A stretch of 58,111 bases of DNA, the filler included, from Catajapyx aquilonaris (lineage: Eukaryota), in the NCBI GenBank assembly GCA_000934665.2. It is 4 parts of 4 records of this genome, joined end to end, with 100 filler letters (N's around TTAATTAATTAA, not from the genome) between each part and the next. Parts side by side here need not be neighbours in the genome. Positions count along the whole stretch, not along the records: positions 43,676 to 58,111 come from JYFJ02007779.1; 3 more parts are not named here. One strand, 5' to 3'. A program made the translations under genes and the position numbers. Position 1 is the stretch's first letter; the number at the start of each line of letters is the position of its first letter. The notes beneath the pieces were generated by a model. That model saw nothing but the letters and a program-made list of their open reading frames with translations. It was not told the origin of the DNA and made no database searches. Of this stretch, positions 51,427 to 58,111 are shown in pieces.

Positions 51427-52419
51427 ATGGTGTCAGAAGTGGGATCCCAAGGACGGTACACCTCCGTACCGTTCGCCAGAACGCACGAGACCTCTCGAGA
51501 ATGTTCGTTAGAACAGGACCGTTCCAAATCCTTTCCTACCTCACTGTTAATCCCCATCCTGCCCCAAACCTCTCCGTTGGACGCCGTCAAACCGGCCCTG
51601 CAAACGAGGAAAGGCAGACCCTATCGTGGATCTACAAGGAGACTACCCCGAAGACGCGACCTGCCGACCACGTCAACAGACGTCGTAACGTGGGCCCCCG
51701 AAGTATTTCCAACGTACCACCAGGTTTTTGCGGACGGACAACCCGATGAACAGGAGCAGCCCGGTGACCACCCCCAGGAGGAACGAATGACGTACTACAT
51801 GAGGGATGGAACCAGGTTAGAGGAATCTCCTTTATCATCACCTAAACCCGCCGGACTACCACATGTTACCTGCAACCTGTATGGTGTCCCTGGTTATATT
51901 GCTGTCAAAAGCAGAAGCAAACGAAGTCGGCCTGTACCGAGTGAACTGGACATCCTTGATGCCGGGGCTTTGGACCACTGTGTGTTTCCTGAGAGTCCCT
52001 CCCTACAGAGGATGATGCTTCACCTTGTGAAAAACAGAGTGCGCATCAGTGCTGAGGTTGTGAACACCTATGGACGCCCCACCTACATCCGTGACTATAT
52101 GACGTCGGGATGTGTCGTGTTTTTTTTCGGTGAGCTGTCCTGCAGGCCCATTGCAAGGGTTTCGTTAAATAGTGCCTTTTTCCTGCGGAGTCAACCAGCA
52201 ACTAGGATGACGTATCCTGTGGAGGGCCTATACACGAACTACCTACAATGTGCAGATCGTTTAACCAATTGTATGTACGTCAAGTTGTCCCTTTTGCGAG
52301 AAGATAACCTCCAGAATTTCGGATGTCATAACACCCCTTGTTTGATGTGTGGGAAAATATACCCTCCCCACTTTATCGCATTGTCACAGCCCCATTTGGT
52401 GCAGCAAAGTAAAAGATGA
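51427..52419 (+). CDS. LTR-element ORF1, 330 aa, unknown function
   Basis: Uninterrupted ORF starting within the PBS. Disordered N-half; C-half ends in a C-H-x3-C-x2-C-x6-H-like cluster. No recognisable gag zinc knuckle. Confidence 0.5.
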   Translation: MVSEVGSQGRYTSVPFARTHETSRECSLEQDRSKSFPTSLLIPILPQTSPLDAVKPALQTRKGRPYRGSTRRLPRRRDLPTTSTDVVTWAPEVFPTYHQVFADGQPDEQEQPGDHPQEERMTYYMRDGTRLEESPLSSPKPAGLPHVTCNLYGVPGYIAVKSRSKRSRPVPSELDILDAGALDHCVFPESPSLQRMMLHLVKNRVRISAEVVNTYGRPTYIRDYMTSGCVVFFFGELSCRPIARVSLNSAFFLRSQPATRMTYPVEGLYTNYLQCADRLTNCMYVKLSLLREDNLQNFGCHNTPCLMCGKIYPPHFIALSQPHLVQQSKR

Positions 52420-52474
52420 CGAACTGATTATGTTGTGAGTGTGTGTGTGCGCCAAACGGAACTATTTTCATACC

Positions 52475-52512
52475 TATATAAAGGCGTTGCTTGTACATTA
52501 TGTATCCACTTC
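52475..52512 (+). promoter_or_regulatory. Internal TATA box and initiator-like site for ORF2
   Basis: CTATATAAAGG (52474-52484) with CCACTT ~31 nt downstream, 60-100 nt before ATG 52573. Confidence 0.55.
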
Positions 52513-52572
52513 GTTATCAAGACAGGAACGAGTGACCGCTTTCTCTTCTCAACGACCGGAAGAGCCTGAAGG

Positions 52573-53283
52573 ATGTCGTCTGGAATCACTCATCCGTATG
52601 GCTTGACATTGCGGCCGTGCATCATAAGCGTTTCCTTCTTTGGAAGGAGCTGGATGGCGCAGGTGAATACAGGGACACCTATTACCATGGTGTCCGTCGA
52701 GGTCATCACCCGGATTCCTGCTGATGTACGACCATGTACAAGACCTCCTTCAAGCCCTGGCGTCACTCAACTGGACGGAAGTACGCTACGCCCCTTGTAC
52801 GAGATGACACTTCCCATGGTGGCTGGTGACACCCTATTTCAAAAAGGATTCTTGGTGATGCCTGCCCTGGCCATCCCTGTGATCATCGGGATGGATTTCC
52901 TGTGCTATTGGGAATGTTCCTTAGACTGCGGCCGTGAATGCCTGATTGGGATTGCTCCGTTGGACATGGGTCAACTTGACGGAAGTCACGTGCGAATACC
53001 ACCACGACGTTTCTTCTCAATCCCTGTGGTAGCTTTCGACACGTGTGAATCGTCTCCAGCACCCGAAGAAGGAACGCACCAATATCCTGGAAGTAGCGGA
53101 TTTGCTCACGCCTCCGTACCACTCAACCTGGACTGGGGAACAGATTCATCCCAAGACGAGGAAGGACACATGCTGAACCAGACTCCATCTGGTGGGAGGG
53201 AGCTTTTGCGGGAGGTGTGTGACCAAATTGTTTTCGGTACCATTCGACTACCCATGTCTACAAACAAGTCGAATATCTTTTAG
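52573..53283 (+). CDS. LTR-element ORF2: retropepsin-like protein with NTG in place of catalytic DTG
   Basis: AQVNTGTPITMVS, LDGSTLRP, FLVMPALAIPVIIGMDFL..W..SLDC. The ORF runs into the 3' LTR. Confidence 0.75.
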   Translation: MSSGITHPYGLTLRPCIISVSFFGRSWMAQVNTGTPITMVSVEVITRIPADVRPCTRPPSSPGVTQLDGSTLRPLYEMTLPMVAGDTLFQKGFLVMPALAIPVIIGMDFLCYWECSLDCGRECLIGIAPLDMGQLDGSHVRIPPRRFFSIPVVAFDTCESSPAPEEGTHQYPGSSGFAHASVPLNLDWGTDSSQDEEGHMLNQTPSGGRELLREVCDQIVFGTIRLPMSTNKSNIF

Positions 53284-54059
53284 ATCATGCGACCGCTCAC
53301 CTCCTCTTACCCAGCATGCATTGTAACACCATGATATAAGCCCGAGCATTTCTGTAATCGAGGCCAGTCGCCCAAAGCTCAGCAGAGTGGCTGGTCAGAC
53401 CGCGAGGTCTTCCTTCCTGTACATTACCTAACCTTAGCTATCCTATAGCCTTTCCATCTTTGATTGGTCGAATAAAAGTCGTTCTGGTTAACCCACTGCA
53501 TATTCTTCAAGTGATCCCAACCGCTCGGGGTCACACTTGCAAGCCGACAAATTTATGACCGATTTGTCCACCCAAATCATCCTTTATACAGCCAACTTCT
53601 TGCCTTCGAGTACAATCATAAAGTGGGTGATCTTGTGGGTAATTCGACAGGTCCATTTGATTTTTAAATTCCTTCATATCTTCTTATAAGTTTAACACAA
53701 TACATTAGAGAATCTGTATCTGTCATTAAAAGTGACAAATTGTTTCCATATCGAGGTAGAAACACATCATATTGGTACCTATATAACATTCGTTTTGCAG
53801 CCTCCAGTATTGCGAAACCGAAAAAAAACGGTTTGTTTAAATGAACCCGGATTTGCTTTTTCTGCGTCATAACCAGGTTCTCTGCAAGGATCGAAGGATA
53901 AGTTTCGAGTAAAAAATGCTGCCTTTAACAACATCTGTCATCAATATGTGTCTGGCGACCTATCATACTTCAATACTGTGGAGGAAGTATTTGGCCATTT
54001 GAATTTACCTGCACTCTAGCATCTACAGTTTCGTGATTTTTCTGCCATCAAGACCAGAC

Positions 54060-55090
54060 TCTACCTAATGACCACCATGGCAGGAATTGAGAGTGAAGTA
54101 TAGGCATATTTTAATAGTGATATGCAAACCATTTTCCCAGGATCAGATATGGATGACATAATTTGGAAAATGATTGACAAAATTAATAATTCTATCGCCT
54201 CGTACGAGGAAAAGTGGGTCAAATTGGTCATTAGTAAATTTTAATTCAATGGAAGTTTTCATTGGCCTTTATGAAGCCTGGGAGGGTGGTCAATATATCC
54301 CTACACCCCCGGAACTGTCAAAAAAAGCATACAATGATCAATGTCAATGCCCCCAAGAATCTTTGCTTCTATTATTCTGTTTGTGCTGGACTCAGTCCAG
54401 AGAAGAAGAACCCCTCACGGGTAACACATTATCATTGTGATGTGAATAGTTTAAAACAGGTTGGAAATCCCATGAAGGTGACTGACTTGGTTAAATTTGA
54501 AAAATTGAATAATGTATCCATAAACCTATATGGATTTGAAAGAAAAATAATCTTCCCGATTTATGTGACAAAAATGCAGGGGGGGAGTCCCTCACGTTAA
54601 CCTATTGTTGCTTGAGAAAAATGGCAGTCAACATTACGCAACAATTAGTCATTTGAGTCGCCTGCTGACTAGTGGCTCGCATCATGCTATGAATTATTTT
54701 TGTCGATACTGTTTGAACAAGTTCGACAAAGAATGTTCAGAGCATGAAGCTCGATGTCTCGAATTTGACCCACAAAAGACGACCATGCCAAAGGAAAATT
54801 TCGTGGCCTTCAAAAACATGCATAAGCAACTTTACAAGCCATATGTAATTTATGCTGACCTCGAATGCATCTTCCAGGGGAAAAAGCATGTTCCTTGCGG
54901 AGTAGCTTATGTAGTGGTTGATCAGAATGGGAAAATAGTAAACTTCTGGCTCTATCGCGGTCCTGATTGTGTTGTGAAATTTTTGGAAGAGGTAGAGCAG
55001 GAAGTAAAACACTTGGTACCCAAAGTACAGACATTTAGAAAAAGACCGGCATACGATACAGTGGCCCCATCAAGTATGTGTCAGTGGATG
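54060..55090 (+). pseudogene. pPolB N-terminal region (Polinton/adintovirus type), frameshifted
   Basis: GSNW, GGQYIPTPPEL, CFYYSVCAGL.P..NPSRV, KFEKLNNVSINLYG..IFPIYVT, LLL..HYATISHLSRLL, YFCRYCLNKF, MP..FKNMHKQL.KPYVIYADLE (ExoI), HVPCG..Y, YRGPDCVVKFLE. Confidence 0.85.
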
Positions 55091-55149
55091 GATGTCATCC
55101 GAGCGATAACAATTACATCCACCTCAATCCTCCTATTTTTTTAATTTAC

Positions 55150-55730
55150 GGCCTTTCTCGTCGGTTGGTGATATACCGATAGGGTGACGTCAAGTTACAG
55201 GTAATACATATATACACCGACATATGTTGGGTGACGTTAAGTTACGACGTCAGATTGACACGTTGATTAATAGCTGTCAACCGACAGTCGAGTGGCCCCC
55301 CTCGACCGGCGTTACATATCATATACTGATAGGGTGACGTCACGTTGTGTGATGATTGATACGTCAACAGGGTGACGTCAGAATGACAAATACATACGTT
55401 GACTTGACATACGTGGGCGTACGTAGGCGGTGACATGTGATGTCCTCAATCGTTATGATTGATTGCTGTCACCAGCTGTCAATTTATGGATTACTGTCAT
55501 ATTGATTGACAGCTGTCATGGTAACCACAATTTATGGATTAGGTGGCCCCCTACACCGGAAACAGGTGACCGGAAGTGGATAACAATGGACCGAAAGTGT
55601 GCCAGAACGGTCCTACACCGGAAACAGGTGACCGGAAGGAACGAGAACAATAGACCGGAAGTGTTCAGACCGGAATTGGAGAACAATGGATTCAGACCGG
55701 AAGTGTGCTAGGGCGGGACTTCTGCCTACT
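55150..55730. repeat. Probable Polinton terminal inverted repeat (one end) with subterminal tandem motifs
   Basis: Repeated GGGTGACGTCA and ACCGGAA(A/G) units ending in CTACT-3' (AGTAG on the other strand, the Polinton-type terminus). The partner TIR is not in the contig. Confidence 0.6.
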
Positions 55731-57530
55731 AATCTTATGTGAGTACGGTAGACCTTTATAGTGCGTTTCTTCAGATTCCACTGTCCCCCGAGTCAAACCA
55801 GTACACAGCGTTCGGTACGATAGACGGAAATTACCAGTTCAAAAGGCTACCATTTGGGCTCGCGTCAAGCCCGTCTGCCTTTGCTGCGATGATGTCTGCA
55901 TTGGTCTTGCAGTCATTGTCACCTGCGACGTTCCTTCTTTACCTTGATGATTTGCTGATTGGTTCACCTGATTTTGATTCGCACGTGCAACACCTGCAGG
56001 AGCTATTCAACAAGTTGAGGGAGGTTAATTTGAAAGCGAAACTTTCAAAGTGCAAATTTGCGAGGAAAGAGCTAGAGTATCTTGGACACAAGATTAGTGA
56101 AGGTGGGATTCAGCCCAGTACAGATAAGGTTTCTGCTGTTCTGAACTACCCACGTCCATAAAACCCGAAGGACATAAGAGCGTGGTTAGGGTTATGCGGG
56201 TTCTACAGAAAATTCATACCAAACTTTGCGGAGTTGACCTTGTGCTTGACTGACTTGACAAAAAAGATAGAATTTGTGTGGTCGCAACAATGCGAGTCAG
56301 CCTTCATTCAGCTGAAAAGGGCGTTGACATCCTTCCCCATCTTGAGGTTTCCTGACTACCAGAGACCTTTCTTTTTGGCTTGTGACGCGTCAGGAAAAAG
56401 TTTAGGGGCAGTCTTATTCCAGAAATATTATGAACATGAGTTACCCGTAGCTTTTGCATCGCGGACCCTGAATCAGCATGAGCGAAATCTGGCAACATTG
56501 GAGCTCGAAGCATTGTCTGTGGTCTGGGCGACCAAGCATTTTAGGGTTTACCTTTATGGTAGAAGGTTCACTGTGATAACGGATTGTAGTGCTTTGCGGT
56601 GGATTTTTGCACAGAAAAATGCTAAGGGGAAGCTACAGAGATGGTTGTGGTCGTTGGAAGAGTTCAGTTTTGATGTGGAACACCGCTCTGGGAAGAAGCA
56701 TCTGAATGCGGACAGTTTGTCCAGAATCGAAATAGGGGATCCGCCCACCGGTATCGAGGAATTCACTTATCAGCCTGGGGAAGGGGACAGACGTTTCCCA
56801 AGTGAAAATGAGGCGTCAGAAACCGAATCTGAACCAGAGGATGAGGACCCGGGGCCGCCCCTTTGTCTCAACTTTGAACCCATGCATCCTCAAGTTGGCG
56901 CGAGGCCAACTCGTCCACCCAAAACGGGGCTCAAACAGAATCTTGTACACTGCAGGAGGAAGGAAACAGTGCAGGTAGGGACTCAAACCAGTGTAAAAAA
57001 CAAACCAATACCGGTACTCAGGGAATCATTGCCACCACCCTCAATTCCGAGTAGACGCCCGCGGTTGAATATCCAGGCAGTAGATGAGGCTGCCGATAAC
57101 TTTGCGCAAACGGCCAGGGTGTACAATCAGTCTAGTGCAATTCCCGTGGGCATTGAAAGAAATGCAGATGTTTCTGGGAATGTGAAAGAAAAGCGACAGG
57201 AGGTTCAAAAGGTTACCAGGGTAACCACTGCTAGTGCAGGGCATAGGAAAGAAGAGAAAAAGGTGGCGCATACAGTTAGGGTTGCACATGATGAAGTGCA
57301 TCAGGCGGAGTCTGCAGATTCCACACAAAACCAGCCGAGAAAAGTAGGAGCAGCTGGTGTGACGTCACCCACTGAAAGGGATGCAGGCGCGTTGAAGGCA
57401 ATTTCTCTTTGCCTTGCGGTTAAGAGAAAGGACAAAACCGATGAAATGGAACCGGTAGTGTGGGATCATGATAGGGTCATACGGGAGCAAGCAGTTGATC
57501 CGGAGGTCAGTCGTATTAGACCGGGCGACC
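55731..57530 (+). pseudogene. Ty3/gypsy pol fragment (RT-RNase H-spacer), truncated at both ends
   Basis: STVDLYSAFLQIPL, TAFGT..G.YQFKRLPFGLASSP, YLDDLL, LSKCKF..LEYLGH, one in-frame TAA at 56159, F.LACDAS..LGAVLFQ, PVAFASR.L, ELEAL.VVWA..HFR.YLYG, TDC.AL, H.NADSLSR. Confidence 0.92.
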
Positions 57531-57659
57531 GAGGGTATATATTCGCGGTTCTTCTTAGAGTTCATTTCTTGGCAGTTCGTGCTATCTCCTGTTTCGGGCT
57601 TCTGTGCTGTCCCTAAAGCAAGCATGGCGTCCCGGAGGCCGACTACCTACAGGTTAGTA

Positions 57660-58111
57660 CGAGGGAGGGTCAAAAAGTTATCTACCTAGGTATGAAGGAC
57701 ATGTGTTACAACTCTCACAATGTCATTTTTTCTCGATGTGATCTCCCTTCATCTCAATGCATTTGCGTCATTTGTCTGAAAGTGATCCGATCCCACCTGA
57801 AAAAAATTCCAAAGTTTGGTCTGCAATCCACTGGTCTGCCGCCATTTTCAATTCATTATCAGCGCCAAAATGACGTCCCAGAAGTTCTTTTTTAGGTGAC
57901 GAAGTCACTCTGGGCCAGGTCTAGACTGCAGGGTGGATAATTCATCACCATGAAGCCCCAGTCTCTGATGGCAACTTGAACAACGCGCCAGGTGTGTACT
58001 GGGGAATTGTTGTAGATCAGACACACACTTCTGGTCATCTTCCTGGGTCGTTTTGAAGCAATGGCTTCTCTCAGTCACTTTAGTAGGTCAGCGTAGATAC
58101 TGCCGGTGATT
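57660..58111 (-). mobile_element. mariner (DD34D-type) transposon 3' part, degenerate
   Basis: TA|CGAGGGAGGGTCAAAAAGTT TIR at 57660. Minus-strand LREAI.SKRP, NNSPVHT, YPPCSLDLAQSDF (cf. HPPYSPDLAPSDF), KCIEMKGDHIEK* ending at 57723. Confidence 0.85.

Larger units (their letters stand above)
51102..53535 (+). mobile_element. Intact 2.43-kb non-autonomous LTR retroelement
   Basis: Direct LTRs 51102-51422 and 53218-53535 (TGTGACC...GGTCACA; by eye 3 substitutions and one 3-bp indel). 4-bp TSD CTTG. PBS TGGTGTCAGAAGTGGGAT at 51428-51445 (tRNA-Leu type). Purine tract GCGGGAGGTG before the 3' LTR. No gag, RT or integrase motifs. Confidence 0.93.
50820..53900 (-). pseudogene. Protein-primed DNA polymerase B (pPolB), C-terminal half, interrupted by an LTR element
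   Basis: LNKPFFFGFAILEAAKRMLY..Y, LLMTDTDSLMY (motif C), KFVGLQ|AKSYAL across the insertion, and NKRAL..FDSKRYI..NGVNTRALGH at the C-terminus. Confidence 0.88.

Noticed and set aside
55550..55705. CRISPR-like repeat-spacer array
   Set aside because: Units are short, degenerate and irregular, with no unique spacers or cas genes, in a eukaryotic context; better explained as subterminal repeats.
56159..56161. Programmed readthrough at the TAA in gypsy pol
   Set aside because: It falls inside the RT thumb region of a doubly truncated copy; simple nonsense decay is more likely.

Overview
Eukaryotic DNA, most likely from an arthropod. It is four contigs of about 14.4 kb (1-14439, 14540-28979, 29080-43575, 43676-58111) joined by artificial 100-nt spacers (N44-TTAATTAATTAA-N44), so adjacency across the spacers carries no biological meaning. 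Contig 1 is non-genic and TE-rich: a PIF1/Helitron helicase fossil, a tRNA-derived SINE, several MITEs, a fold-back mariner and a 2.5-kb palindromic Academ-like element. Contig 2 is non-coding and may hold the 5' end and first intron of an unidentified gene on the minus strand. Contig 3 has a 3'-truncated Tango1/MIA3 gene (minus strand, 10 exons mapped, with a long ER/K repeat in the luminal domain) head-to-head with a complete 5-coding-exon mRpL4. Contig 4 is a nest of mobile elements. A decayed Polinton/Maverick (adintovirus-like) relic (packaging ATPase, split pPolB, accessory ORF, terminal repeat) appears to have inserted into a Ty3/gypsy pol gene. Its pPolB is interrupted by a young, structurally intact 2.4-kb LTR element that has no gag, RT or integrase but carries two open non-canonical ORFs, one a retropepsin-like protein with NTG in place of DTG behind its own TATA box. 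That element is the most novel-looking feature. All family assignments come from recognising motifs by eye, with no database searches.
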